DNA of 64,000 nt from Lachnospiraceae bacterium (GCA_045546775.1 JAZQDM010000063.1:25864-89863); one strand, 5' to 3'; shown: positions 1-10,555, counted from the first letter of the stretch. The notes: generated by a model from the sequence alone, not told the origin. Program-made: numbers and translations.

Positions 1-109
1 GATAATATTAAAAAGAACATAACAAGAACAGAAGCATCAAATCAACTATAGTTATTAGACGGATGCTTTGAAATGTATATGTAAATAGAAAGAGAGTGGG
101 GAAATATTT

Positions 110-1297
110 ATGAAGAAAAAACTTGTTTTATTAATGTGTGCTTTTTGTCTTGTGTTTGGTGCGACAGGCTGCCAAAAGGCAGAGGAGTCAAGCGCCAGAA
201 CGGAAACGGAGGCTGACAAAGAGGACGAGAACAGAGAAAAATCCGCGAAAGATGCGGATGAAGAAGTGGACAACGAAAAAGAGGTGGCGGAAGGACTTGG
301 AGATCAGGAGCTTCTTATGAAAGGCGATATCTCTCCGGTTGCATTTGACATCACCGTGCCGGAAGATATGAAAGTGATGGTAACGGAGCTTGGTATCGTG
401 TTTGAAGATGCAGATGCGGATTATCAAATGATTGTATCAACTTTCGACAAAACATTTGAAGATATTATAGAAACTTCAGATGAATTTGAACTGGTGATTG
501 AAGAAAGCGGCTTTGAAATTACACAGGATGTGGAATTGACCGAGGTGGCGGAACGTGAATTTTTGTATTTCCACTATTACAACGGATCGGACATGGTACT
601 GGTTTATACGCCGGCGGATAAAAATACATCCTTTGTTGCCTTAGCTATGCGTATGGAAGACATCAGCGATGAAGAGTTGTTGTCCGACCTTGTAACATTT
701 TTTGATGGTGAAGAAGATAACGGATCCGGTAACAGAGAGGAACCGGAAAGGGACGAACCGGAAGGAAATGAACCGGATGTGGACGAATTTGATATAAATG
801 AATATCAAAAAGATGTAGACAGCGTGGATCTGATTTTTGATTCCTTGTATGATGAAGAAGAAAGAACGATTACTGTTTCTGTGCCGGAAGAGATGCTCTG
901 GCTTGATATGGGTGACGATTATTTGATTACGGACATCCAGTCATTTATTTCTAAGGATGAAGAGATAGACGTTACAATAGCCGTACAGGAAAATTACGGA
1001 TTTGACACAATGGAAGAATGGCTGGAAAGCGAAAGCGAATGGTCGATATTTGATGATGCGGAAAATATGGAAGTTTCCGATATAGAGACAACAAAAGTGG
1101 ATGGCAAAAAGGTTTATTATATGACCGTATCATACGATGTAGAGTCTTATAGGGGCGAGATATATCGTATGACACAGATATTTGCTATTGCAGAATTTGA
1201 CACAGACACCGTTCTTTGGGTGGAAGCGACAGAAAGAGAAGGTGACCGTGAACTTTCCTTTGATGTAATTGAAGAATTTTTTGAGATAACAGAATAA
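110..1297 (+). CDS. Very acidic secreted lipoprotein, unknown function
   Basis: 395-aa ORF. Signal peptide with lipobox (MKKKLVLLMCAFCLVFGATG-C). Mature part is D/E-rich with two similar halves. Confidence 0.6.
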   Translation: MKKKLVLLMCAFCLVFGATGCQKAEESSARTETEADKEDENREKSAKDADEEVDNEKEVAEGLGDQELLMKGDISPVAFDITVPEDMKVMVTELGIVFEDADADYQMIVSTFDKTFEDIIETSDEFELVIEESGFEITQDVELTEVAEREFLYFHYYNGSDMVLVYTPADKNTSFVALAMRMEDISDEELLSDLVTFFDGEEDNGSGNREEPERDEPEGNEPDVDEFDINEYQKDVDSVDLIFDSLYDEEERTITVSVPEEMLWLDMGDDYLITDIQSFISKDEEIDVTIAVQENYGFDTMEEWLESESEWSIFDDAENMEVSDIETTKVDGKKVYYMTVSYDVESYRGEIYRMTQIFAIAEFDTDTVLWVEATEREGDRELSFDVIEEFFEITE

Positions 1298-1400
1298 TGA
1301 TAAAAACCTCTATTTTCAAAGAGCGACAGTAAATGGCTTTTGGAAATAGGGGTTTTTTGAATTTGATGCAGATGAAAAAGGAAAAAACAGGAAAAGTATA

Positions 1401-1429
1401 TTGACAAAGCTGTGCATATAGCGTATATA
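1401..1429 (+). promoter_or_regulatory. Sigma-A type promoter of the ABC/GntR operon
   Basis: TTGACA (1401-1406), 17-nt spacer, TATATA (1424-1429), about 70 nt upstream of the first ABC gene. Confidence 0.5.
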
Positions 1430-1440
1430 TAAATATATAC
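1423..1440. promoter_or_regulatory. Candidate GntR-type operator palindrome overlapping the -10
   Basis: GTATATAT-AA-ATATATAC, perfect 8-bp arms. Starts with GT and ends with AC, as in the generic GntR operator pattern. Confidence 0.35.
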
Positions 1441-1499
1441 AGTTTATAAACAGAGATGAAAAGGTGCGAAAAACTTTTTTTTACGAGGGGAGGAGTGTT

Positions 1500-2351
1500 A
1501 TGTTGCTGGAAGTACAAAATGTAACAAGAACACTTGGAAAATTTAAGATAAACGATATTTCCTTTGCATTGCCAAAAGGATATATTATGGGGCTAATCGG
1601 GCCAAACGGAGCGGGAAAAACTTCCTTGATTCATTTGATTTTGGGGCTGTATAAGGCAGCAGAAGGAACGGTTTTGATAGATGGAATGGATTATGATACA
1701 GAAGAAGTACGCATTCGTAACATGATAGGAACCGTTTTGCTGGAAGAGCTATTTGTGAAGGGAGAGACACTTTTACAAAACGGAAGAGAATTCGGACGTT
1801 TTTTTGAGGAATACGATGAGGAAGTGCTGAAACAATATTTAGAGAGATTCCGGTTAAAGCCGGAGCAAAAGTATAAACGTTTATCGAAGGGGGAAAAAAT
1901 TAAGTTTCAGTTTGCATTTGCGCTGTCGCACAATGCGAAGCTGCTCATACTGGATGAGCCCACCGGCAATTTGGACGTCTCCTTCCGCAAAGAATTTTTT
2001 GCAGTACTAAAGGAATTTATTGCAGACGGAACGCGGAGCGTGATTCTTTCCACCCATCTGACGGAAGATTTGGACAAAATAGCGGATTATATTTTGTATT
2101 TGGAGAAAGGGGAAACCGTATTTTTTGGAGACATTGAAAGCCTCAGGGACAATTACAGACTGCTAATTGGGGAAGAATACAAGTTAAAACTGCTGCGTAA
2201 AGAACGCGTGATACACATGGAGAGCGGCGAGTTTGGGTGTAAGGCGCTTGTGCATCACAAAGCCAGATATCAATATGACAATAGTCTCACGGTAACGGTG
2301 CCCACGCTGGAGGAGCTGATGTATTTTGTGACAAAAAGGAAGGAGCGATGA
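1500..2351 (+). CDS. ABC transporter ATP-binding protein
   Basis: Walker A GPNGAGKTS, signature-like LSKGEK, Walker B LLILDEP. Start moved to ATG 1500 behind GGGGAGGAG. Confidence 0.85.
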   Translation: MLLEVQNVTRTLGKFKINDISFALPKGYIMGLIGPNGAGKTSLIHLILGLYKAAEGTVLIDGMDYDTEEVRIRNMIGTVLLEELFVKGETLLQNGREFGRFFEEYDEEVLKQYLERFRLKPEQKYKRLSKGEKIKFQFAFALSHNAKLLILDEPTGNLDVSFRKEFFAVLKEFIADGTRSVILSTHLTEDLDKIADYILYLEKGETVFFGDIESLRDNYRLLIGEEYKLKLLRKERVIHMESGEFGCKALVHHKARYQYDNSLTVTVPTLEELMYFVTKRKER

Positions 2352-3061
2352 CAATGGCAAAGTGGATTATTCGCGATTATTTCACTGCATGTCGCTGGGA
2401 GAATATCAAAGAAATCCTAAAAACCGGTGTGTGGGTTTGGCCTATCTATTGGCTCATTTTACTGGAAGATGATTTGGCTTCCGGAAATTGGATGGTCATT
2501 TTGAGTTTTTATATAGTCGTTCTTTTCGTGTTATTATCAGGAGCGTTGCACAAGATGGACTTGCCGAAACAATTGTTTTTGTGTCCCCTCAGCAAGCAAA
2601 TGCGTAGGGCGTATGTGAGTAAGGCCGCCATGTTTCGTATCGGACTTTCGTCGGTGATTTTTGTATTGACAACGGTCGTATTCGTGTTAAACGGTTATTT
2701 TGATGTAAGAATGGGTGTGGTGCTTTTGGGAAATGGCATTTTGCTTTCCATGCTCATGTGTGGCATGAGTTCAAAAGTACAGCCAACGGAAACCGGAGTT
2801 GCTCCGTTTACAAAAATGCGGGGAGCAAGAGGCACGGCGCTAGGTTTGATCCTCGTGACTTTATGGGTACTTGCTTCTTACTGTGTTACAAAATATGAAC
2901 CAAACGAGATTCGTTTGATGAGTTACATTCTGTTGGGAGTGATGGTTATTGTAGAACTGCCGTTGACTGTTTATTATATGAGTTTTTTTAAACAATGCGT
3001 AGAGAGGGCAATCGATTATGAAAATAGTAATTCAGCCGCAAGGAACGTTAGCAATCTATGA
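2348..3061 (+). CDS. Polytopic membrane protein, putative permease partner
   Basis: 237-aa hydrophobic ORF. ATGA overlap with the upstream ATPase stop suggests translational coupling. Confidence 0.6.
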   Translation: MTMAKWIIRDYFTACRWENIKEILKTGVWVWPIYWLILLEDDLASGNWMVILSFYIVVLFVLLSGALHKMDLPKQLFLCPLSKQMRRAYVSKAAMFRIGLSSVIFVLTTVVFVLNGYFDVRMGVVLLGNGILLSMLMCGMSSKVQPTETGVAPFTKMRGARGTALGLILVTLWVLASYCVTKYEPNEIRLMSYILLGVMVIVELPLTVYYMSFFKQCVERAIDYENSNSAARNVSNL

Positions 3062-3389
3062 GCAGATTGTCAATCAATTGAAAAATGCAATCGTGACAGG
3101 AGAATTGTCCGCCGGTGAAGCGCTGCCTTCCATCCGCGCGTTGGCAGGAAGTTTGAATGTCAGTGTCATCACGACAAAGAGAGCATATGAAGAACTGGAA
3201 AAAGAAGGCATGGTTCGTTCCGTTGCCGGAAAAGGTTTTTATGTGTGCGAATACAACACCGATTATCTTTTGGAAAAGCAATTGATGATGTTGGAAAAGC
3301 GCATGAGTGAAGTGATTGGTGAGGCAAAGCAGGTAGGACTTTCACTGGAGGAAGTAAAAGAAATGGTGGAAACACTGTACAATCTGTAG
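3018..3389 (+). CDS. Short GntR-family (YtrA-like) transcriptional regulator
   Basis: 123 aa. Winged-helix motif LPSIRALAGSLNVSVITTKRAYEELEKEGMV with only a short C-terminal tail. Confidence 0.8.
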   Translation: MKIVIQPQGTLAIYEQIVNQLKNAIVTGELSAGEALPSIRALAGSLNVSVITTKRAYEELEKEGMVRSVAGKGFYVCEYNTDYLLEKQLMMLEKRMSEVIGEAKQVGLSLEEVKEMVETLYNL

Positions 3390-3463
3390 TCTCGCCGGAA
3401 AATGCATGATAGAAGCAAAATTTGTAAAAAATGTAAAAGTAGGAATTGGAAAGGTAAGACGGT

Positions 3464-4162
3464 ATGGAAAAACAGCAAGTGAATCATCCGGTTTTGGAAT
3501 TTGAAAATGTCACCGGAAAACCAAAAAAATTTAGACTAACCGATGTGAATTTTTTGTTGCAGCCAGGCTATATTATGGGACTTATGGGTGTGAATGGTGC
3601 CGGAAAAACGACACTTATCGATTATATTATGAATGAAAAAGTACAATATAAAGGAACGATACGCATTGGTGGAGAAGATATCCGCAACAATCATGCGTAT
3701 ATGAAAAACAAAATCGGTTTTGTGTCCGAAGAAAACGTATTTTTACAAGATTGTACCGGAAAACAAAATGCGCAAAAACTTGGTATGTTTTATGAAAATT
3801 TTGACATGACTGTTTTTGAGGATGCCATGCGGGAAATGGGTGTGCCGTGTAATCGCGTGTATGACACAATGTCGCGTGGGGAAAAATTAAAATTTCAAAT
3901 GGCTTTTGCCATGGCGCATAAGCCGGCGCTCTATTTGCTTGACGAAGTGACGGTTGGGATGGATCCGGTCTTTCGCACCGATTTCCACAAAATATTGCAC
4001 AAAGTGATTGAGGATGAGTCGGCTTCTGTTTTGATGACAAGCCATATCGAGTCGGAGCTTACCGAAAAGACAGATTATGTAGGTATATTAGAAAACGGCA
4101 CATTGATTGATTTTGGCGAAAGCCCCGAAGTGATTGCAAAGTATAAAGGAGAATTGGTATGA
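3464..4162 (+). CDS. ABC transporter ATP-binding protein (second copy)
   Basis: Walker A GVNGAGKTT, MSRGEK signature, LYLLDEV Walker B. Confidence 0.85.
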   Translation: MEKQQVNHPVLEFENVTGKPKKFRLTDVNFLLQPGYIMGLMGVNGAGKTTLIDYIMNEKVQYKGTIRIGGEDIRNNHAYMKNKIGFVSEENVFLQDCTGKQNAQKLGMFYENFDMTVFEDAMREMGVPCNRVYDTMSRGEKLKFQMAFAMAHKPALYLLDEVTVGMDPVFRTDFHKILHKVIEDESASVLMTSHIESELTEKTDYVGILENGTLIDFGESPEVIAKYKGELV

Positions 4163-4686
4163 CAGGGAATACAAGGAATTTTGGAAAACATGAGTATTAC
4201 AAAAAGCAGGAACAAACCTTGCAGGCATTTCACAAAAATTATTTTGAAACAGAAGGTGCCGATGTGAAGGTGGGGACAAATTTAGCCATGGTATTGTTGC
4301 TAGGGATAGTAGGGATTATGTTTATGATACCGTATCAGGGAATGCAAGAGCTAAAGACAAGTTCCTTGTGGAGCTTCTCGTGCGTGTTGGGCTTTTTCCT
4401 TTATATGGCACCTTATACCCAATATCGCGAAAAAGGAATCGCAAAGTCTTTGTACGGGAAACTCAAATACGTGCCCATATCAAAGGAGATACTTTTAAAA
4501 TACCGATTTAAAAAGTTGCTTTGTTTTGCATCAAAAGTCGGTGGAGTTTTTCTCATTTTACAACTTGCTTCTGCAGCTATATTTGTGCGGGAAATTACAC
4601 TTGCCAACGTATGGTATCCGGTTGTTTTTGGTTTTTTGTTGCCGTTTGCAATAACCTGTGGCTATATTTTGGCGGTTGATAAATAG
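4159..4686 (+). CDS. Membrane protein, putative partner of the second ATPase
   Basis: 175 aa with several hydrophobic helices. 4-nt overlap with the ATPase stop. Confidence 0.6.
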   Translation: MTGNTRNFGKHEYYKKQEQTLQAFHKNYFETEGADVKVGTNLAMVLLLGIVGIMFMIPYQGMQELKTSSLWSFSCVLGFFLYMAPYTQYREKGIAKSLYGKLKYVPISKEILLKYRFKKLLCFASKVGGVFLILQLASAAIFVREITLANVWYPVVFGFLLPFAITCGYILAVDK

Positions 4687-4731
4687 ATTTAAAGTGTCAA
4701 AAATCTGCTTGTGACACCTTCATTCAAATAG

Positions 4732-4760
4732 GTATAAAATGCCTTCATTTACAAATACTA
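4732..4760 (+). promoter_or_regulatory. Possible forespore sigma (SigG/F-type) promoter of spoVT
   Basis: GTATA (4732-4736), 17 nt, AATACTA (4754-4760). Resembles GnATA-N17-CATnnTA. spoVT is SigG-dependent in Bacillus. Confidence 0.3.
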
Positions 4761-4821
4761 GGTCTAACCAAGTAAAATGTAAATGGAGGTTTTTAAGACT
4801 TCTGTTAGAATAGGAGGCTTT

Positions 4822-5367
4822 ATGAAAGCAACAGGTATTGTGAGACGCATCGATGATTTGGGGCGTATTGTTATTCCAAAAGAAATCCGCAGGACACTTC
4901 GCATCAGAGAAAGTGACCCGCTTGAAATTTTTACGGACCGGGAAGGCGAAATTATTTTAAAGAAATATTCACCCATTGGTGAAATCGGGACTTTTGCAAA
5001 ACAGTATGCAGAAAGTCTTGCACAGGTGTCCGGCCATGTGGCAATGATTACGGACAGAGATCAGATTATTGCAGTTTCCGGTGGTTATCGTCAGATGCTT
5101 GGCAAGGGACTTAGCAAGGAGCTGGAAGAAAAAATGAACAACCGTGAAACGATGGTTGCGTCCAAAGGTGACCGTAATTTTATTTCGCTTTTTCAGGAGG
5201 GCAATGAGGATTATGTGCATCAGGCAATCAGCCCGATTATTTGCGAGGGCGATGTCATCGGCTCAGTCGTTTTGTTGGAAAATGATAACAAATCCAAAAT
5301 GGGTGAAGTGGAACAGAAATTGATTTTGTCTGCGTCAGGTTTTTTGGGCAGACAGATGGAACAATAA
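4822..5367 (+). CDS. spoVT: Stage V sporulation protein T (AbrB-family regulator)
   Basis: N-terminus MKATGIVRRIDDLGRIVIPKEIRRTLRIRESDPLEIF is the SpoVT/AbrB swapped-hairpin motif, followed by a GAF-like C-terminal part. AGGAGG RBS before ATG 4822. Confidence 0.85.
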   Translation: MKATGIVRRIDDLGRIVIPKEIRRTLRIRESDPLEIFTDREGEIILKKYSPIGEIGTFAKQYAESLAQVSGHVAMITDRDQIIAVSGGYRQMLGKGLSKELEEKMNNRETMVASKGDRNFISLFQEGNEDYVHQAISPIICEGDVIGSVVLLENDNKSKMGEVEQKLILSASGFLGRQMEQ

Positions 5368-5402
5368 AAAAGCGCACCGGAATTTCCGGTGCGTTTTTGC
5401 GT

Positions 5403-6857
5403 CTATTTTTCGCCAAGCTGATTCAGTAGTTCGATTTTTGTAGAATACAGTTTTTCGGATAAGTCCACATATACTTCGTGAGGGTTTACAAGACGTCTGA
5501 TTTCTTCCCACAGCGTATCCAGCTCTTTCTGGCAGTAGTCGCGGATTTCCAAAGTTTTTGGGCAGTCATATACGCACTGGCCGTCTTTGAATACCGGAAC
5601 AAGAAGTTCGCGCAATGTATAGCTGTCGCCTTGCAGTTTTGTTTTTTTCCACGGCTCAATCGGGTCAAACAACAAAAGCGGTTTGGAAGAGTCGAATTGT
5701 TCGTCGGCAAGACAAATCAAGTCGGCTTTGATTTTTCCGGTTTCCTTGTCATAAACACGATAAATCGTTTTGTTGCCCGGGTTTGTGACTTTTTCGGAGT
5801 TCTCGGACAATTTGATTTTTGGGATGAAAGTGCCGTCTTTGTCGCGGATGGCGGCAAGTTTGTAAACACCGCCGAAGGCCGGACAGTCTTTTGATGTAAT
5901 CAAGTTGGTGCCTACACCCCAGGATGTGATTTTTGCACCCTGTGTTTTTAAGCTGTCAATCAAAAACTCATCCAAATCGTTGGACGCAGAAATTACGGCG
6001 TCAGTAAAACCGGCTTCGTCCAACATTTTGCGCGCTTTTTTGGAAAGGTATGCAAGGTCACCGCTGTCCAAACGAATTCCGTAATTGGCAAGTTGAATGC
6101 CGGCGTCACGCATTTCGCTAAATACGCGGATGGCATTTGGCACGCCCGATTTTAATGTGTCATACGTATCCACAAGCAAAATACAGGAAGACGGATACAG
6201 ATTCGCGTATGTCTTAAATGCGGTATATTCGTCCGGGAAACTCATAATCCAGCTGTGTGCATGTGTGCCGCGTACCGGAACATCAAAAAGTTTTCCGCAA
6301 AGCACGTTTGAAGTTGCGGTACAACCGCCGATAATAGCAGCGCGTGCACCGTATACACCGGCATCCGGTCCCTGTGCACGACGAAGGCCAAATTCAAGCA
6401 CCGTATCGCCTTTTGCCGAAAAGCACACTCTGGAAGCTTTTGTGGCAAGGAGGCTCTGGTGGTTGATAATATTTAAAAGCGCCGTCTCGATAAGCTGTGC
6501 TTCCATAATCGGTGCAATGACTTTTACCATCGGCTCCCGCGGAAACATCACCGTTCCTTCCGGGATGGCATAAATGTCACCGGAAAATTTGAAATCGTTC
6601 AAATAGTCAAGAAAGTCTTCGTCAAAAATCTTTAAGCTTCTTAAGTAGTCGATATCTTCGGTTTCAAATCGAAGATTTTGAATATATTCAATCAGCTGTT
6701 CTAATCCCGCCATAACTGCATAGCCGCCGTCGCACGGATTTTTGCGATAAAAGGCATCAAAAATAACAGTTTCGTTTTTGTCTTTGTTTTTGAAGTATCC
6801 CTGCATCATCGTCAACTGGTATAAGTCCGTGAGCAAGGTCAAATTTTGATTTCCCAT
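5403..6857 (-). CDS. pncB: Nicotinate phosphoribosyltransferase
   Basis: 484 aa. N-terminus LLTDLYQLTMMQGYF and overall length are typical of the Firmicute enzyme. Confidence 0.9.
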   Translation of the reverse strand: MGNQNLTLLTDLYQLTMMQGYFKNKDKNETVIFDAFYRKNPCDGGYAVMAGLEQLIEYIQNLRFETEDIDYLRSLKIFDEDFLDYLNDFKFSGDIYAIPEGTVMFPREPMVKVIAPIMEAQLIETALLNIINHQSLLATKASRVCFSAKGDTVLEFGLRRAQGPDAGVYGARAAIIGGCTATSNVLCGKLFDVPVRGTHAHSWIMSFPDEYTAFKTYANLYPSSCILLVDTYDTLKSGVPNAIRVFSEMRDAGIQLANYGIRLDSGDLAYLSKKARKMLDEAGFTDAVISASNDLDEFLIDSLKTQGAKITSWGVGTNLITSKDCPAFGGVYKLAAIRDKDGTFIPKIKLSENSEKVTNPGNKTIYRVYDKETGKIKADLICLADEQFDSSKPLLLFDPIEPWKKTKLQGDSYTLRELLVPVFKDGQCVYDCPKTLEIRDYCQKELDTLWEEIRRLVNPHEVYVDLSEKLYSTKIELLNQLGEK

Positions 6858-6943
6858 AAATAAATCCCTCCCTAATGATTAGGTTTTAATCCTACAAAAC
6901 TATTATACGTTAAATAATTGCAAAACTCAATAAAACTAAGTAA

Positions 6944-6973
6944 TTGACATTTCCCCATCCTGCGTTTTATAAT
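6944..6973 (+). promoter_or_regulatory. Sigma-A promoter of the ileS leader
   Basis: TTGACA (6944-6949), 18-nt spacer, TATAAT (6968-6973). Confidence 0.55.
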
Positions 6974-6974
6974 A

Positions 6975-7275
6975 ATACACAGACGCGCAAAGACGTTGAC
7001 GAAGACAGTAGGCAGCAGCCGAAGTTTCAGCGAGCCGGAGATGGTGAGAGTCCGGTACAAGTAAGCACTGTTGAATATCACTTCTGAGTTGCAGACCCGA
7101 ACCGATTGCATTTGCAAAGAAGTAGGGGCTGACGGTATTCCCCCGTTAAAGGAACACATATAAAACCGCATTTGCAGTTTGCGTAAGTGGCAGACAGTAG
7201 TATCCGGGGAGTATGATTGTAACAGGTGGTATAACGGGATTTTTAGACCTCGTCCTTTTACAGGACGGGGTTTTT
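6975..7275 (+). promoter_or_regulatory. T-box leader, Ile specifier, with intrinsic terminator
   Basis: Stem I elements (AGAGA-type loop GGTGAGAGTCCGG) and candidate specifier ATC followed by A (7077-7080). T-box sequence GGTGGTATAACGGG (7225-7238). Terminator CCTCGTCC/GGACGGGG plus T5 (7248-7275), directly upstream of ileS. Confidence 0.8.
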
Positions 7276-7372
7276 ATAATTTATAAGATTATTTGCGCGA
7301 GCATAATAGAAACTGCGAAGCATTTTCGCAAACCGTCGAGAGGGCGGTAAGAGGAAAGAAAGGAAGAAAAAG

Positions 7373-10300
7373 ATGTACGAAAAAGTATCTACAAATCTCA
7401 ATTTTGTTGAACGCGAAAAACAGACATTGGATTTTTGGAATGCCAATGACATTTTCAAAAAAAGTATGGACAGCAGAAAAGAAGGCCCTACTTATACTTT
7501 TTATGACGGACCGCCGACTGCAAACGGCAAGCCGCATATCGGTCACGTTTTGACACGTGTTATCAAGGATATGATTCCGAGATACCGCACCATGAAAGGC
7601 TACATGGTTCCGCGTAAAGCAGGCTGGGACACACACGGCCTTCCGGTAGAGTTGGAAGTTGAAAAGCTTCTTGGTCTGGACGGAAAAGAGCAGATTGAAG
7701 AATATGGTCTTGATCCGTTTATTACAAAATGTAAAGAAAGTGTTTGGAAATACAAAGGAATGTGGGAGGATTTCTCCGGCACCGTTGGTTTCTGGGCAGA
7801 CATGGACGACCCGTATGTTACATACCATGACGATTATATTGAGTCCGAGTGGTGGGCGTTGAAAGAAATCTGGAACAAAGGCCTTTTGTACAAAGGCTTC
7901 AAAATCGTTCCGTACTGCCCGCGTTGCGGAACTCCGCTTTCATCTCACGAAGTGGCACAGGGCTACAAAGATGTAAAAGAGCGTTCTGCAGTGGCAAGAT
8001 TCAAAGTAAAAGGCGAAGATGCGTATATTTTGGCATGGACAACAACACCTTGGACATTGCCGTCCAACGTGGCTCTCTGCGTGAATCCGGACGAAACTTA
8101 TGCAAAAGTAAAAGCAGCAGACGGTTACACATATTATATGGCAGAAGCTTTGCTTGATACTGTTCTTGGCAAGCTTGCAAAAGAAGAAAACAAAGAAACA
8201 GGCGAAGCAGCCGTAAAAGCTTACGAAGTATTAGAGACTTACAAAGGTAAGGATTTGGAATACAAAGAGTACGAGCCGTTGTTTAACTATGCGGTTGCAA
8301 CTTGCGAAAAACAGCACAAAAAGGCATTTTATGTAACATGCGACAATTACGTTACATTGACAGACGGTACCGGTGTTGTTCACATTGCACCGGCATTCGG
8401 TGAGGACGATGCGAACGTTGGACGCAAATACGATTTGCCGTTCGTGCAGCTTGTTGACGGAAAAGGTGAGATGACAAAAGAAACACCGTATGAAGGTGTA
8501 TTTTGTAAAAAAGCCGACCCGATGGTTTTGACAGATTTGGAGAAAAACGGTCTTCTCTACGATGCACCGAAGTTTGAGCACAGCTATCCGCATTGCTGGA
8601 GATGTGACACACCGCTTATTTACTACGCAAGAGAATCTTGGTTTATCAAGATGACAGCGGTAAAAGAAGACTTGATTAAAAACAACAACACCATCAACTG
8701 GATTCCGGAATCTATCGGAAAAGGTCGTTTTGGTGACTGGCTTGAAAATATTCAGGACTGGGGTATTTCCCGTAACCGTTACTGGGGTACACCGCTTAAC
8801 GTATGGGAGTGCGAATGCGGACATATGCATTCCATCGGAAGCCGTCAGGAATTAGCAGATTTGAGCGGAAATCCGGATGCAAAATCGGTAGAGCTTCACA
8901 GACCTTACATTGATGAAGTGACATTCCCGTGTGAAAAATGTGGTAAGACAATGCACCGTGTACCGGAAGTTATCGACTGCTGGTTTGACTCCGGAGCAAT
9001 GCCTTTTGCACAGCATCATTATCCGTTTGAAAACAAAGATTTGTTCGAGCAGCAGTTCCCGGCTCAGTTTATTTCTGAAGCGGTAGACCAGACAAGAGGA
9101 TGGTTCTATTCCTTACTTGCAGAATCTACGTTGTTGTTCAACAAAGCGCCTTACGAAAACGTAATCGTTTTGGGACACGTACAGGATGAAAACGGCCAGA
9201 AGATGAGTAAGTCCAAAGGAAATGCAGTAGACCCGTTTGATGCACTTGCAACTTACGGAGCAGACGCAATCCGCTGGTATTTCTATATCAACTCCGCACC
9301 GTGGTTGCCGAACCGTTTCCACGGAAAAGCAGTACAGGAAGGTCAGCGTAAGTTCATGGGTACTCTTTGGAATACCTATGCGTTCTTTGTACTTTATGCA
9401 AATATCGATAATTTCGATGCAAGCAAATACAGCTTAGAATACGACAAATTGACCGTTATGGATAAATGGCTTTTGTCCAAGTTAAATACATTGATTGAAG
9501 AAGTGGACAACGATTTGGGTAACTACCGCATTCCGGAGGCTGCAAGAGCTTTGGAAAGCTTCGTAGACGACATGAGTAACTGGTATGTAAGAAGAAGCCG
9601 TGAACGTTTCTGGGCAAAAGGAATGGAGCAGGATAAGATTAATGCTTACATGACACTTTACACAGCGCTTGTAACCGTAAGTAAAGTGGCCGCACCGATG
9701 ATTCCGTTCATGACAGAAGACATCTACCAGAACCTTGTAAGAAGCATTGACAAAGATGCTCCGGAAAGTATTCATTTGTGTGATTATCCGGTTGCCGACA
9801 AAGCATTCGTTGACAAAAAACTGGAAGAAGATATGGATGAAGTTTTGAAAGTTGTTGTTATGGGTCGTGCATGTAGAAATGCCGCAAACATCAAGAATCG
9901 TCAGCCTATCGGAAACATGTTTATCAAAGCGCCTCATGCATTGGATGAATTCTATCAGGCAATTATAGAGGAAGAGCTTAATGTAAAACAGGTGAACTTC
10001 ACAGACGATGTAAGAGACTTCACAAGTTACACATTTAAACCGCAGCTTCGTACTGTTGGACCGAAATACGGCAAACAGCTTGGCGGCATCCAGAAAACAT
10101 TGGCTTCCTTGGACGGCAATGCAGCAATGGATGAGTTGAAAGCAAACGGCGCTCTTAAGTTTGATGTAAATGGCGTGGAAGTGGCTCTTACTGAAGAAGA
10201 TTTGCTTATCGAAATGTCACAGAAGGAAGGCTACGTATCAGAAGCAGATAATACAGTGACTGTTGTACTTGATACAAACCTTACCGAAGAGTTGATTGAG

Positions 10301-10555
10301 GAAGGTTTTGTGCTGGAGCTTATCAGCAAAATCCAGACAATGCGTAAGGAATCTGATGAGAACCTTCAGGTAACAGACCACATCAAAGTTTCCGTAAGCG
10401 GAAATGATAAGATTGCAGCAATTTTGGAAAACAACAAAGATGCAATTGCAACAAAAGTACTTGCAGACGAAATGTCTAGTACAGCTACATTCAAAAATGC
10501 AAAAGAATGGAACGTAAACGGTGAAAACGTAACAATTTCCATTGAGAGAGTGTAA
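7373..10555 (+). CDS. ileS: Isoleucine--tRNA ligase (long, type-2-like 1060-aa form)
   Basis: HIGH motif PHIGHVLT, KMSKS motif QKMSKSKGN, class-I editing-type architecture. Confidence 0.97.
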   Translation: MYEKVSTNLNFVEREKQTLDFWNANDIFKKSMDSRKEGPTYTFYDGPPTANGKPHIGHVLTRVIKDMIPRYRTMKGYMVPRKAGWDTHGLPVELEVEKLLGLDGKEQIEEYGLDPFITKCKESVWKYKGMWEDFSGTVGFWADMDDPYVTYHDDYIESEWWALKEIWNKGLLYKGFKIVPYCPRCGTPLSSHEVAQGYKDVKERSAVARFKVKGEDAYILAWTTTPWTLPSNVALCVNPDETYAKVKAADGYTYYMAEALLDTVLGKLAKEENKETGEAAVKAYEVLETYKGKDLEYKEYEPLFNYAVATCEKQHKKAFYVTCDNYVTLTDGTGVVHIAPAFGEDDANVGRKYDLPFVQLVDGKGEMTKETPYEGVFCKKADPMVLTDLEKNGLLYDAPKFEHSYPHCWRCDTPLIYYARESWFIKMTAVKEDLIKNNNTINWIPESIGKGRFGDWLENIQDWGISRNRYWGTPLNVWECECGHMHSIGSRQELADLSGNPDAKSVELHRPYIDEVTFPCEKCGKTMHRVPEVIDCWFDSGAMPFAQHHYPFENKDLFEQQFPAQFISEAVDQTRGWFYSLLAESTLLFNKAPYENVIVLGHVQDENGQKMSKSKGNAVDPFDALATYGADAIRWYFYINSAPWLPNRFHGKAVQEGQRKFMGTLWNTYAFFVLYANIDNFDASKYSLEYDKLTVMDKWLLSKLNTLIEEVDNDLGNYRIPEAARALESFVDDMSNWYVRRSRERFWAKGMEQDKINAYMTLYTALVTVSKVAAPMIPFMTEDIYQNLVRSIDKDAPESIHLCDYPVADKAFVDKKLEEDMDEVLKVVVMGRACRNAANIKNRQPIGNMFIKAPHALDEFYQAIIEEELNVKQVNFTDDVRDFTSYTFKPQLRTVGPKYGKQLGGIQKTLASLDGNAAMDELKANGALKFDVNGVEVALTEEDLLIEMSQKEGYVSEADNTVTVVLDTNLTEELIEEGFVLELISKIQTMRKESDENLQVTDHIKVSVSGNDKIAAILENNKDAIATKVLADEMSSTATFKNAKEWNVNGENVTISIERV

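Noticed and set aside
7289-7828. 179-aa minus-strand ORF spanning the T-box terminator and the ileS start
   Set aside because: It overlaps a well-supported leader RNA and the conserved ileS N-terminus. No RBS, and the translation is implausible.
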